Source of the DNA: Candidatus Poribacteria bacterium
GTDB lineage: Bacteria > Poribacteria > WGA-4E > PCPOR2b
DNA: 64,000 bases
Assembly: GCA_965208675.1 (NCBI GenBank)
Contig: OZ242351.1
Span: 2,592,001-2,656,000, forward strand
Direction: 5' to 3'
This document shows, piece by piece, positions 1 to 10,313 of this stretch. Each line of letters opens with the position of its first letter. The first letter of the stretch is position 1. The translations under genes were made by a program, and so were the position numbers. Below the pieces are notes generated by a model, which worked only from the letters and a program-made list of their open reading frames with translations, searched no databases and had not been told where the DNA came from.

Positions 1-84
1 AACCTGAAAACTCTCTCTGCATTTGTGGCACTTTCACTTCTCGCATCGGCATTTGGCTTTACGACGCCGAGACACTGAGTTCTG

Positions 85-186
85 GTAGGTTGGGTTGAGC
101 GTGTAATACCAAAACCCGTCCTGCGCAATGATCCGTTCCGATTTAAGTAGGGCGTGGATTTCCAAATACGGGGAGCGTAACCCAAC
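85..186 (+). repeat. REP-like element: GTAGGTTGGGTTGAGCG arm, 73-nt spacer, GCGTAACCCAAC arm
   Basis: The arms are mutually complementary and start with GTAG, typical of REP sequences. The same architecture recurs at 12137, 13883, 14126-14228 and 54843. Confidence 0.75.
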
Positions 187-619
187 GCTTTACCTACACT
201 GTATAAGGATTACGATAGCGGTTCTACAATCTTCATTCCCTTCCTTACCAAGGAGGGATCAACTGTACGAATAGCAAAGACCCGACCGAATAGGTTCAAG
301 CGACCGAACAGGGAACACGATAGTCTTGGTTCTTCTCGTTTAGCTCTAACAGCGAATCCCAACGATTTTAACCATCTGGAGGATTCAATAGCGTCCGCCG
401 TCGCTAATCACAAACAAACCTAGAACTCCCCCTTTCGACGGATCGGCGCTTGCCGTCAACGAGCGTTGCATTCGCTTCAAGATTCTGTTTCAGTAACCGC
501 GGCGTTTGGAGTGCCGTCAGCGCACGGACACGTTGTTGCATCTTCATTGCAGTAAGGGTAGATTGCCTATGCTCTATTCGGTTATAATTCCTCATTTTCG
601 GCAATAATGGAGGTTCAAA

Positions 620-1075
620 TTGAAAGTCAGAAGATTCACCGCATTTGCATCTATACTCGGGATTAGTCTCCTGATTATTAGTCTTTCCTCATGCGATCAA
701 CTCGTGCAGGTATTGTCCGATGACGATGAGTTTGCGGAAGATCCACCACGCCATGAGACTATTGACTCCATAACGTATGTCATCAATGAACTCCCAATTG
801 TAGATGGTACGGCAGAGATTCTTGAGACCGCTCCGCCTCAAGTTAATCTGCATATCAACGGTTACCTTTCAGACAGTTGCACAACCCTTCATCAGACAAC
901 TGATTCGCGGCACGACAATACAATCCATATTCAAATTACGACTAAACGTCCTATTGACTTGGCGTGCGCCGCTGTGATTACCGAAATTGAACATTTCGTA
1001 TCGCTAGGAACATTTGAACCGGGCGAGTATCAGGCAATTATCAACGATTTTTCCATCAATTTCAAGGTCGATTAG
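620..1075 (+). CDS. Hypothetical lipoprotein
   Basis: 151-aa ORF with GGAGG RBS, hydrophobic N-terminus and lipobox-like LSSC. Confidence 0.7.
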   Translation: MKVRRFTAFASILGISLLIISLSSCDQLVQVLSDDDEFAEDPPRHETIDSITYVINELPIVDGTAEILETAPPQVNLHINGYLSDSCTTLHQTTDSRHDNTIHIQITTKRPIDLACAAVITEIEHFVSLGTFEPGEYQAIINDFSINFKVD

Positions 1076-1100
1076 ATCGCCGAAACCGGTAGAAGTCTTC

Positions 1101-1387
1101 GTAGGTTGGGTAGAGCGATCAACTGAGCGAATAGCGAAGGATCAACCGAGTGAATAACGAGGGCGATAGTCTTCTCCAGTCTTCCCCGAAACTCAACATC
1201 AACTGTAGGAATAGATCAACCGACTGAATGAGGATTGCGACAGCGATATTGCAATCTTAATTCCCCTCCTTACCAAGGAGGGGCTAGGGGAGGTTATAGG
1301 ACAGGATTAACCGACCGAATAAGATCAACTGAGCGGATAGCGAAGGATCAACCGAGTGAATAACGAGGGCGATAGTCTTCTCCAGTC
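1101..1387 (+). repeat. Cluster of GTAG-REP arm and modular GATCAACYGANNGAATA units (BIME-like)
   Basis: Block gatcaactgagcgaatagcgaaggatcaaccgagtgaataacgagggcgatagtcttctccagtc occurs at ~1117 and ~1323. Palindrome cccctccttaccaaggagggg at ~1263. Confidence 0.8.
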
Positions 1388-1579
1388 AAAGTCCTCCCCG
1401 TTCAGCCGGTTGATCGCCCTACCCACCCCACCAATGCAAGTTCCGTCAATTTCGCAGCGGGGAATGGACTACGGATTAGGCAATCTGCGCCGCGATTAGT
1501 AAAATTACCATGCTATAACATAACCCAAGATGTTAGAATAGGAGAATAACCGAGTTTTGTCATAAATACTCCGTTTCTA

Positions 1580-3460
1580 GTGTTTGGTTTATCAACTAGC
1601 AACCTTCGTTATTTGCACCTTAAATGCGTATCTCCTAACCGTTTCACAAAGAAAGGGAAATACAACTTTATGCAAATGCGGTCTATCACGGCGAATCCGT
1701 CTCAGGTTATGGTCGAGCAACTTGCGGCACTGGATGTGAAATATCTGTTTTATAATACAGGCTCGCGCGAGGCGCGCTTTTTCGACGCACTGCATGATCA
1801 CCCGGATATACACGGCATTCTGGCGCTCCATGAAGGCAGCGTCGCAGCACAAGCTGGCGGTTATACGCAGGCAAATCTCGACCCGGCGGTTATGGTGGTC
1901 CATCTTGCCGCGGGGCTTGCCCAATGTTTAGGGCAGCTAATCAACATTTGGTCCGGCGGTTTACCTGTCGTGGTCATCAGCTTCGCAGGAGACACCGGCA
2001 GTTTCGCGGATCGGATTGAACTCGATCTCAGTCACAGTTTCGGGCCGACATCCATCGCTGCACCCTTTACAAAGCAAAATTGGACCGTGATCGACCCCGA
2101 AGGGCTGCCCCAAGCCATTCACCGTGCGTTACTGGTCGCCAAAACGCCGCCGGTGGGCCCCGTCCATCTCGCTGTTTATGATCGGGCGCTTGGGCACGAG
2201 CAGATAACCGCGAACATTATTGAAGGTAGCATCCCCGACCTCCACGCGGGTTATCCGTCGGATAGTGATGTCGAGAAGATTGAATCTGCTTTGCACGACG
2301 CGAAGTCTCCCCTGTTTTATATTGGGGATGGTGTCTGGAAAAGTGGCGCGGAAGACCAAATTATCGCGGTCGCTGAACACTTCGGTGTTCCCTGTGTCAG
2401 CAGCTACGTCCCTGTCGGCACTTGGGAAAGAAGCATCGCAACGAAACATCCACTCAATTGCGGTCGGTTGGATCAGGTGGTCGATATCCTTCAACCCGAC
2501 CTGATCGTTTGTATCGGTATCCATCATCGCGGCGTCGGAAGGTCCGGGGATTTCGATGTATTTTCTAAAGCGCGGCAGGTTATCGCCATTGGATCGGATA
2601 TTGAGCATATCAAAAATATCCCGTATCTGTCTACGGCGATTTTGGCGGACGAGCGCCGCTCCTTTGAAAGGTTGGCAAAATTGGCGTCGAGCCATTCCAC
2701 CCCGAGCCGCTTTGACGAGCGGCGGGCTTGGGTAATGGAACAAGCCGCCGCGCTGCACGTCCAGCGAATAAACGAAGTGTGGAAGACTGAGACGCGGCCT
2801 AATGAGATTCGGCCATGGATAGTGGCAGAGACGCTCGACACTGCCCTAGAACGTCGCGGCGGCGGGTTGGTGATGCTCGAACAATATGCGGTCCCGTGGG
2901 ACACCGTCGGCGGATATACGCTTTCTTCAGACACCGTAGATGCAACAGACACCGGAAGGAACAGATACATCCGCGCTGCCGGCGGGTCTGAGGGCTACGG
3001 CGTTGGAGGAGCCGTGGGATTGAAGCTCGCCGCCCCTGAAATGCCGGTTGTCGGGTTGGTCGGCGACGGTTCGCTGTTGTACGCAGAGTCGGGTTTGTGG
3101 ACCGCGGCACACCATAGCATACCGGTCCTCTACATTATTCCCAACAACCAGTCTTACGGCGCGGTTGCGTCCTCCTTCGCAAGCGTGGATGGGGTGATGA
3201 AGGAGACCGGGGAATATGCCGGAGTCGTTCTGGACGGCATTGACCCCGTAAAACTCGCCGAAGGCGTGGGTGTGGAGGGGTTGCACGTCCAAGCGGAGCC
3301 TCGCCTGGCTGCGGCGATTGAACACGGATTGAACGTGGTTGAAAGGGAAAACCGCCCATTTCTTTTGAATATTCGCTTGCCGCTAGGACTACCGGAGGGC
3401 GGACGCCCCGCTGCGCAATTCCGACATGCGGACGCTAAAACTCAGAATCGTTCGGCTTAG
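1580..3460 (+). CDS. Thiamine pyrophosphate-dependent enzyme (benzoylformate decarboxylase/acetolactate synthase-like); real start probably ~1670
   Basis: N-terminal LALHEGSVAAQAGGY with the conserved Glu; TPP motif GDGS...NNQSYG. Confidence 0.9.
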   Translation: MFGLSTSNLRYLHLKCVSPNRFTKKGKYNFMQMRSITANPSQVMVEQLAALDVKYLFYNTGSREARFFDALHDHPDIHGILALHEGSVAAQAGGYTQANLDPAVMVVHLAAGLAQCLGQLINIWSGGLPVVVISFAGDTGSFADRIELDLSHSFGPTSIAAPFTKQNWTVIDPEGLPQAIHRALLVAKTPPVGPVHLAVYDRALGHEQITANIIEGSIPDLHAGYPSDSDVEKIESALHDAKSPLFYIGDGVWKSGAEDQIIAVAEHFGVPCVSSYVPVGTWERSIATKHPLNCGRLDQVVDILQPDLIVCIGIHHRGVGRSGDFDVFSKARQVIAIGSDIEHIKNIPYLSTAILADERRSFERLAKLASSHSTPSRFDERRAWVMEQAAALHVQRINEVWKTETRPNEIRPWIVAETLDTALERRGGGLVMLEQYAVPWDTVGGYTLSSDTVDATDTGRNRYIRAAGGSEGYGVGGAVGLKLAAPEMPVVGLVGDGSLLYAESGLWTAAHHSIPVLYIIPNNQSYGAVASSFASVDGVMKETGEYAGVVLDGIDPVKLAEGVGVEGLHVQAEPRLAAAIEHGLNVVERENRPFLLNIRLPLGLPEGGRPAAQFRHADAKTQNRSA

Positions 3461-3805
3461 CCGCCAACTAACTATACGACGCCCCACGCAGTTCTTGTAG
3501 GTTGGGTAGAGCGATCAACTGAGCGAACAGCGAAGAATCAACCGATAGTCCAATAGTGTGGAAGGCTTCTCTCGCTCCAATTCAATGAGCACACGCGGTG
3601 ATTGCGTTTAGCCGCTCAATTAACCTCTTAAATTCACTACCAACACAGGCACCGACGTGTCGTTCGGGTGGGCCGATTGATTCGTATTTCCATCTTTGGT
3701 ATACTTGCGGTATTCGCAATCTGTTGGGAAATGAATTGCTCCCACTGGACTCGCTAGGAAAAGAGTTGGCGGGTCGGCGATGTATTCACAATTAAATTAA
3801 AGGAG

Positions 3806-4093
3806 GTGAGAACAATGGACAAAACGGAGGTCATGCGCAAACACAATTTAAGCGTAGGCGATGTATTGGATTTACGAGCAATGGCAGAAGGCACAGTCTA
3901 CGTTGAGGAGGACAGCGGGAGGCACATACAATTTACTGACAACCGCCACTGGAGTGACGGACGCGAGCCAGGGTGTTCAGTTGAATTCACGACCGCAGCA
4001 CGACTGAAAGACTACAATAGGATACAAACATTGTATATTAAGCTATCCGACGAAGAATACAATGCCATATTGGCCCGAGAAGACAGGAATTGA
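3806..4093 (+). CDS. Hypothetical protein
   Basis: 95-aa ORF with strong AAGGAGG RBS (ATG at 3815 plausible). Confidence 0.6.
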   Translation: MRTMDKTEVMRKHNLSVGDVLDLRAMAEGTVYVEEDSGRHIQFTDNRHWSDGREPGCSVEFTTAARLKDYNRIQTLYIKLSDEEYNAILAREDRN

Positions 4094-4408
4094 GGCCATC
4101 GGCTAGGTGTGAGCGGATTGTTGTCTTTGGATCCATAATCGCCAAATGAGTTTGAAGTTAGTCACAGCTCAAGGCGTTAAGCACGTGTACGACGTAAACA
4201 ACGCACAGACAAACACACGCACTCGATGACCTTACAAGAGATGGTAACCCCTGTATTTTTTTGAAGTACACGAACAAGCAAAAGATGTTTGTTACGGGCT
4301 GCATGAGCGCAACAATGGATTGCGGGCTTAGCGTCATCGTTTACTAGACTCTTCTATTTCTAAAGTGAGGTTTAGCCTGCCCCAAAACCTCCACGTAAGG
4401 AAACGCAC

Positions 4409-4548
4409 ATGCTCTATCTTGAATGGCGGATGCAAGACGACGAAGGATGTCCCTTGCGATTAGATTGGCTTAGACTAGCTCATCCTTTCTTTGAAGACCA
4501 AGCCGGCGTCTACATTATTTGGTATCTCGACAATGAAAATCCTGTTAC
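4409..4548 (+). pseudogene. 5' fragment of a small GIY-YIG-like protein, interrupted by a high-GC segment
   Basis: AAGGA RBS, then MLYLEW...AGVYIIWY; composition and protein character change abruptly at ~4549. Confidence 0.45.
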
Positions 4549-4701
4549 AGCTTCCGCGACTGGGCGGCGAAGCGGACGGATGCGCCGCTCGCGGTCATGG
4601 AGGCCGCCTACGCCCGCTCGGACCTGTTCGAACGCCGACGTGTCCTGATGGAGCAGTGGGCGGCGTATCTGGCGGGCCGGAGAACGAGCACCGAGGGCTG
4701 A
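4549..4701 (+). pseudogene. C-terminal remnant of a P4-type tyrosine integrase
   Basis: A frame absent from the ORF track reads SFRDWAAKRTDAPLAVMEAAYARSDLFERRRVLMEQWAAYLAG..., matching the P4-integrase C-terminus (SFRDWAAE...AY.RSDLFE.RR.LM..W..Y). Confidence 0.8.
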
Positions 4702-5146
4702 CCGGGCCCCGCGACGGGCTCAGAGGCCGTTCCCGGGCATTTCAAGGGGATTTCGGGTTACCTACGGGCTGTAGGATCGCCAGGATCGACGATCTCGGGT
4801 CCCCGAGGAGTATGGGGTAGGGTGAAATGCGGCGGCGACGGGCAGGGCAATCGGTAGGGAAGCTGAGGATCGAAGGGGCCTACTCGCTGCCCGAAGGTCG
4901 TGGTGGCGTTCGCAGCGAACGAGCGCCCTGGGTCTGTTCGGCTCATGCCCCTCGCTTTGAGGGCGCACCGTTCGCTCGGGTCCCGAACATACGCAAGCTA
5001 GAGCGCGGCCGGTAGACGGCTCGTTTCCGGCCCGATTTCCGCAAGGATCCCTATACGCTTCGAACACCTCCGTCTGACGGAGAGTGGTTCTCTCTGCGGG
5101 ATTTCCGACGCGTAGATCGTACAGTCCATAATCGAGAGGAGGTAGC

Positions 5147-5509
5147 ATGCAGGGCGTTCAGGGATTCGGTGGGTTCTTCTTTCGGGCAAAGGACCCGCAA
5201 GGACTTGCGAAATGGTATCAGGATCACCTTGGGATCAATCCTGCTCCGACGAACATGGAGATGGCTCCGTGGGTGACCGAGTCCGGGGTCACCGTCTTCT
5301 CGCCCTTCGATGCTGACACGGACTATTTCGCAGCAGACAAGACTTTCATGCTGAATTTCCGCGTGACCGATTTGGACGCGATGATTACACAACTGAAGTC
5401 CGCAGATATCGAGGTCAGCCAGGAAATCGAGATGGAGGGCATCGGCCGCTTCGCCCGCATCCACGACCCCGAAGGAAACGCGATCGAGCTTTGGGAACCC
5501 GCGTCATGA
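5147..5509 (+). CDS. VOC family (glyoxalase/bleomycin resistance-like) protein
   Basis: GFGGFFFRAKDP..LAKWY, MLNFRV.DLD and DPEGNAIELWEP motifs; GAGGAGG RBS. Confidence 0.9.
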   Translation: MQGVQGFGGFFFRAKDPQGLAKWYQDHLGINPAPTNMEMAPWVTESGVTVFSPFDADTDYFAADKTFMLNFRVTDLDAMITQLKSADIEVSQEIEMEGIGRFARIHDPEGNAIELWEPAS

Positions 5510-6484
5510 GATTCGAACTTCTGCTGTTGGACGCGACGGGATTGGGCGGTTGTCGGACTTTCGAGTCAACATCGCTGAAGGCCAGTGGCCGCTGGCACGG
5601 CAGAAGCTTACCGAGCTTAAGAGAAGCCGCTCGCTCTGGATGGTGTGGGTCGGCAACCCGGGTCTGACTTGAGGTTGGCGGCGCGTAACCCGAGTTCGCT
5701 CGCTTGGGCACTGCTCCAAGGCAACTCCACGGACGCTTCCGAAACGCTATCCGAGCGCCACCCAAAGCAGCGCGCGGGGAGCGCTCGGCCCCCAATCCCG
5801 GTGGCTTGGCGGCAAGCCGACGTGGCCGGTTCGGTTCGTTGAGTTAAGGACATCGCATGCGCCGGCGCGGAGGGCCGGCTCACGCCCTTAAGGTGCGGGG
5901 GCAGCATGCCCAACGTTATACGTAGGGCTGGCGAGAGGCACGCCCCTTCCATCCCCAAGAAGTCACTCGCCGATGCGTGCAGGATCGCGGGCGATGGGAT
6001 TCACAGTTCTTATAACCTTCCGCCTGCCGAATAAACACTGATCCCAACGTAACGCCATGAGTTTCCGAAAGCAGATTGTCCACATGTTTTTGTAGGTGGG
6101 TTGAGCGATCAACTGAGCGAATAATTCAAGCGACTGAATAGGATCAACCGAGTGAATAACGAGGGCGATAGTTTTCTCCAGTAGTAGCCTTTTCCTCTCC
6201 AGTATTCGGGTTCTCCGCGCATCGAATCTTGTAAGTCGCTAGTCTTCCGAAGCGCCTCGTTAAATTGTACATTAATTCGTGTAATCCGCTCAACCCAACC
6301 TACAAAAATTTAACCGTTTACGCATTACGCTTTTCCGTAGGAGCGATCTCCGAATCGCGACAAAAATTCGGTCAATAATTCAACCTAACGCAAAAAAACT
6401 CACACCTCTCCGATCAATATTCATCACTCTCCACTGCTTTTTCCCACTAATAATATTTCACCTACACAATTGTTAAATTTGCGC

Positions 6485-6513
6485 TTGACTTATAACAACT
6501 ATTCTTGTAATAT
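6485..6513 (+). promoter_or_regulatory. Putative sigma-70 promoter for the accessory gene cluster
   Basis: TTGACT-17 nt-TAATAT in an AT-rich region ~130 nt upstream of 6643. Confidence 0.5.
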
Positions 6514-6642
6514 ATTAAGTGAATATATATTTAGTATTCAGACTGAAAAGCGTGAAACTCAACCTACAATAGCTGCGACCGGTTTTTCCGACCACTGGCG
6601 ACTAGCCACTGGACACTGCTTCCCAACTAAGGAGAAATTGCT

Positions 6643-7212
6643 ATGAAATCGAAACACAGTCTTGTTATAAGCGGTATTGTTGGCGGAGTCATAGGGAGTT
6701 TGTTAACAGCGTCGTTGGTTTCACCAGTCACAGCGCAAAGGGATAAGTTTGATGCGATTCAATGTTCCGGTTTAACAGTCGTTGATGATTCGGGCCAACC
6801 GAGGATATTACTCACAGCCGGTGAAGAGAGTGGGGTTAGTCTTTTCATTGGCAAAGACATGAAAATTGCGTTGATGTTCGGCGAAGACGAACACGGTGGA
6901 TATGTCAGGGGCGTTGGCACGGATGGAGAATCTGCGGTAATGCTCGGTATCGATGAACACGGCGGGATTGTCAACGTCTTTGGCAAGGGCAAGAAATCTT
7001 TGTTGATACTCGCTATCGATGAACACGGTGGGAATATCATTGTCAGTGACAAGGACAATGAACCTGTTGTGCATCTCGGTCCGAAGGAACACGGCGGGTT
7101 TGTATCTGTCTTTGGCAAAGGCAAAGGTCGTGCAGTGATGACAATCGACAAATACGGCAACGGCGTTGTGGGTACACGGGACCAAAACGGCACTGAGAAT
7201 ACATTAGACTAA
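6643..7212 (+). CDS. Secreted Gly-rich ~22-aa repeat protein (DEHGG-repeat paralog 1)
   Basis: Signal-like N-terminus, KFDAIQCS cap, repeated DEHGG.V.V.GK units; AAGGAG RBS. Confidence 0.8.
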   Translation: MKSKHSLVISGIVGGVIGSLLTASLVSPVTAQRDKFDAIQCSGLTVVDDSGQPRILLTAGEESGVSLFIGKDMKIALMFGEDEHGGYVRGVGTDGESAVMLGIDEHGGIVNVFGKGKKSLLILAIDEHGGNIIVSDKDNEPVVHLGPKEHGGFVSVFGKGKGRAVMTIDKYGNGVVGTRDQNGTENTLD

Positions 7213-7273
7213 AACTCAAGAAGATTTCACAATGCGACTACTTGATTTGAAAAAATGTCACATGACGGGTACA
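6955..7273 (+). repeat. 319-bp direct repeat, copy 1 (copy 2 at 9736-10054)
   Basis: Near-identical gene 3' end (...GTRDQNGTENTLD*) plus ~60 nt of downstream DNA. Confidence 0.9.
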
Positions 7274-7374
7274 AACATGTTTGTGATTGCCGTCATTGTC
7301 GGGGCGATTATCGCCTTTGTTGAGTAATATATCTTACCTTAACCCGCGGTGCCGGTTCGCCGAATACTGCACAA

Positions 7375-7683
7375 TTGAAAAAGGAAGGTTTGGAGATGTC
7401 AACATATCTACCCAAAGTTGAGAAGTTTGAACATATTGAGTGTGAAAGCATAACCGTAACAAACGGTGAAGGAGCTAAAATTCGTCTGGATTTTAATGCT
7501 GCTGGGCAACCAGAGGTCAGTATATCAGGCGTAGGCACTGATCCAGACGCTAATCAACTCACACTAACTGTAAATCATAACGGAGGCATTATTGCTGTTA
7601 GTGGTTTAGATGGCGATGCTCGCATAGGTCTATCAATTGACGACAGAGGAAGAGGTCAAGTATTAACTCTTGGTACTAGTTAA
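7375..7683 (+). CDS. Short divergent paralog of the Gly-rich repeat family (start probably ATG 7396)
   Basis: EKFEHIECESITV cap, and NHNGGII.V.G.DG / SIDDRGRGQV units. Confidence 0.6.
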   Translation: MKKEGLEMSTYLPKVEKFEHIECESITVTNGEGAKIRLDFNAAGQPEVSISGVGTDPDANQLTLTVNHNGGIIAVSGLDGDARIGLSIDDRGRGQVLTLGTS

Positions 7684-7727
7684 GCGGTTAACCAGAATTA
7701 AACTCACTCAGTGATAAGGAGAGTCAA

Positions 7728-8015
7728 ATGTCTGAACGTAACGCCAAATACGGCGAGAAAACGATTAAACTTACTGTGTATCTATTTACCGAAAACATTG
7801 CAAAAGAAGAAAGCAAGGTCGAGCCGAAACATGCTTGGACAAATGGAAGTGTCAGCCTTATAAGTAATAAGACACATGGCATAACATCGGGCGACCGGCA
7901 CCCCTTCAATTCATTGTTAGAGATTCCTAAGGCGATTGAGGATGCGCTTATCGAAGGGGAGATTACTCTACATCCCACTGGCAAGATGAAAAAGTATATC
8001 GTGGATAACAACTAA
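7728..8015 (+). CDS. Hypothetical protein
   Basis: 95-aa ORF with AAGGAG RBS and protein-like composition. Confidence 0.7.
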   Translation: MSERNAKYGEKTIKLTVYLFTENIAKEESKVEPKHAWTNGSVSLISNKTHGITSGDRHPFNSLLEIPKAIEDALIEGEITLHPTGKMKKYIVDNN

Positions 8016-8081
8016 TACTACTGGCCGCCAATTACAACTGATTACCGACGAATTAACCTGCCGTAGGACTGAAACATCAAA

Positions 8082-8119
8082 TAGCCGTTGCGGTAGATGC
8101 TTGCGTGACGGCTTTTTTG
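8082..8119 (+). terminator. Intrinsic terminator-like hairpin
   Basis: agccgttgcg...cgtgacggct followed by a T-run. Confidence 0.55.
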
Positions 8120-8541
8120 TTTGTGAGGAGATGAATGTTATGTGCCATGAATCTGTAGTACGACGGAATACGATCGCCCGCTTGTTCTTTTCCTGCAAAG
8201 GTCGAATCTCGCGTCGCACTTATTGGGCACTAATTGGTATTAGTATGGTTCCGGGTATTTTAAAGATAGTGTTTTTAGTCACTGGCGACATTGTGACGAG
8301 AGCATTCTTCCCGGGTGTTTTCTATTTAGCATTACCATTTGGGTGCTGGTGTCTTCAATGCGCAATTCAAATTCCAGCCTTTATCAAACGGCTGCACGAT
8401 ATGAACAGGAATGGATGGTGGTGCATACTGTGTTTTTTCGATGTTCTGGCGGTCATTGCCTGGATTGTTTTAGGTGTATCTAATGGCACTCAAGGCAAAA
8501 ACCGGTACGGCGATATAACGGAACGTCATCGGTTATTTTAG
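8101..8541 (+). CDS. DUF805 (YhaH-like) membrane protein; start probably 8131 or 8140
   Basis: KGRISRRTYW, KRLHDMNRNGWW and GTQGKNRYG motifs. Confidence 0.85.
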   Translation: MRDGFFVCEEMNVMCHESVVRRNTIARLFFSCKGRISRRTYWALIGISMVPGILKIVFLVTGDIVTRAFFPGVFYLALPFGCWCLQCAIQIPAFIKRLHDMNRNGWWCILCFFDVLAVIAWIVLGVSNGTQGKNRYGDITERHRLF

Positions 8542-8692
8542 ATTCATGCCCCCTAATTTCAATCCGCCCTTGTTGCTAAGGCGATAGTCGCCCTTGTTAT
8601 GTACATTATACCTTAATGCAGGACACATACAACTAAAAGTTACAAATCTTAACTTGCTAGTATGGCGAAAGTTGGATCAAGGAGGCATTACA

Positions 8693-9049
8693 ATGTTTAA
8701 AGTGCAAAATTGGAAGATTGGATTGGTTTATGCGATGCTCGGCACGATAATCGGACTGCTCCTGTCCCCCGTGGCCTCACACAGGGAAGAGTATGGCTCG
8801 ATTCGGTGTACTACATTAACGATTGTTGATGAAGAGGGGAAAGACAGGATGATATTCAAAGCCGGTGAAGTGAGCGTTGCCCTTTGCTTTACCAAAGACG
8901 GTAAAATTGTGACGAGTTTTGGTGAAGGTAATTACGGTGGGTATGTATCTGTTCGTGGCAAAGAAGGCTCCGGTATCACGAGGATGAGCATCTCCGAATA
9001 CGGCAACGGTGTTGTGAGGACATACGACAAAAACGGCTATCGACAGTAA
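8693..9049 (+). CDS. Secreted Gly-rich repeat protein (short paralog)
   Basis: AAGGAGG RBS before MFKVQNWK; signal peptide; YGSIRCTTLTIVD cap; YGGYVSVRGK unit. Confidence 0.75.
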   Translation: MFKVQNWKIGLVYAMLGTIIGLLLSPVASHREEYGSIRCTTLTIVDEEGKDRMIFKAGEVSVALCFTKDGKIVTSFGEGNYGGYVSVRGKEGSGITRMSISEYGNGVVRTYDKNGYRQ

Positions 9050-9102
9050 CCTAAACGAACTGAAACGTCTGGCGATATTTACGCAATGAAAGGAGAATTG
9101 AC

Positions 9103-9993
9103 ATGTTGAGAACTTTAGTTGCGTTGTTGGTTCTAGCTGTAAGTTTGTCTTCAATGGGTTGTGCAACAATCATGCGAGGTACTACTCAAAAGGAGAAGTT
9201 TGACACGATTCAGTGTTCTCGGTTAGAGCTTGTTAATGATGCGGGCGAAGTGAAAGTACTCCTCACTGCCTATGAATACGGCGGGCAAGTCCGTGTTCGC
9301 GGCAAGAACGGGATATCTGGGGTCGCGCTTGGAACCGATGAATACGGCGGACTTGTCGGTGTCCATGGCAAGTCCGAGGCCCCTGGGGTCTTGCTCGGCA
9401 CCGATGAAAATGGAGGAATTATCGTTGTCGTTGGCAAGGAAAAGGAATCTGGGGTCGTGCTCAGTATTGATAAAGATGGTGGGCGTGTCGGTGTTGATGA
9501 CAAGGACGGGCAAACTGTGGTCATGCTCACAACCGATGAAGACGGCGGGCATGTCGGTGTCCGTGGTAAGGACGATAAACGTGGAGCCATGCTCTATATC
9601 GACGAACACGGCGGGCGCGTCCGTGTCCATGGCAAGGACGGGAAACCTGAGGCCGCGCTCGGTACCGATGAAAATGGAGGAATTATCGTTGTCGTTGGGA
9701 AGGACGGACAATCTGGGGTGGTGCACGATGTGACCGAACACGGCGGGATTGTCAACGTCTTTGGCGAGGACAAGAAATCTTCGTTGCTGCTCGTTATTGA
9801 TGAACACGGTGGGAAAATCATTGTCGTTGACAAGGACGATGAACCTGTTGTGCATCTCGGTCCTAAGGAACACGGCGGGTTTGTATTAGTCCTTGGCAAA
9901 GGCAAAGGTCGTGCAGTGATGACAATCGACAAATACGGCAACGGCATTGTGGGTACACGGGACCAAAACGGAACTGAGAATACATTAGACTAA
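9103..9993 (+). CDS. Lipoprotein with ~10 tandem 22-aa Gly-rich repeats (longest paralog)
   Basis: Lipobox-like SMGC; 66-nt periodic units such as GGRVRVHGKDGKPEAALGTDEN. Confidence 0.85.
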   Translation: MLRTLVALLVLAVSLSSMGCATIMRGTTQKEKFDTIQCSRLELVNDAGEVKVLLTAYEYGGQVRVRGKNGISGVALGTDEYGGLVGVHGKSEAPGVLLGTDENGGIIVVVGKEKESGVVLSIDKDGGRVGVDDKDGQTVVMLTTDEDGGHVGVRGKDDKRGAMLYIDEHGGRVRVHGKDGKPEAALGTDENGGIIVVVGKDGQSGVVHDVTEHGGIVNVFGEDKKSSLLLVIDEHGGKIIVVDKDDEPVVHLGPKEHGGFVLVLGKGKGRAVMTIDKYGNGIVGTRDQNGTENTLD

Positions 9994-10054
9994 AACGCAA
10001 GAGAATTTCACAATGCGACTACTAGATCTGAAAAAATGTTAAATGACGGGTACA
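9736..10054 (+). repeat. 319-bp direct repeat, copy 2
   Basis: Aligns to 6955-7273 at equal length. Confidence 0.9.
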
Positions 10055-10060
10055 CTCGTG

Positions 10061-10113
10061 TGAACTTACCCCCCCAATGTTTACACAGTTATGCTTGTCC
10101 ATTAAGGTGTAAG
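10061..10113 (+). mobile_element. Orphan IS3-family-like terminal repeat
   Basis: TGAACTTACCCCCC.AATGTT..ACAG..AT.CTTGTCCATTAAG, also at 45180-45230; the 5'-TG...CCCC pattern is typical of IS3-family ends. Confidence 0.5.
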
Positions 10114-10313
10114 CGCTGGGCAATCCGGCTACGCTTCAACACCTAATATTTTTGAAAACACACCTCGTGATGTGTTTTAGTATTGAGCGACCTATGAAGC
10201 CGATACTTGTGAGATACGTAAAACCAGTGTCGATAATCATGCTGTCGATTTAGACGAATTTATGCGGCGCACCGCTACAGGTATTAAAGCCAATCTCAAT
10301 CGCAATGAATCGC

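Noticed and set aside
1101-1387. CRISPR array from the GATCAAC repeats
   Set aside because: Units are short, degenerate and irregularly spaced, the linkers themselves repeat, and no cas genes are present.
6955-10054. Diversity-generating retroelement TR/VR pair
   Set aside because: Differences between the 319-bp copies include C/T and G/A changes in both directions, not adenine-specific ones, and there is no reverse transcriptase in the window.
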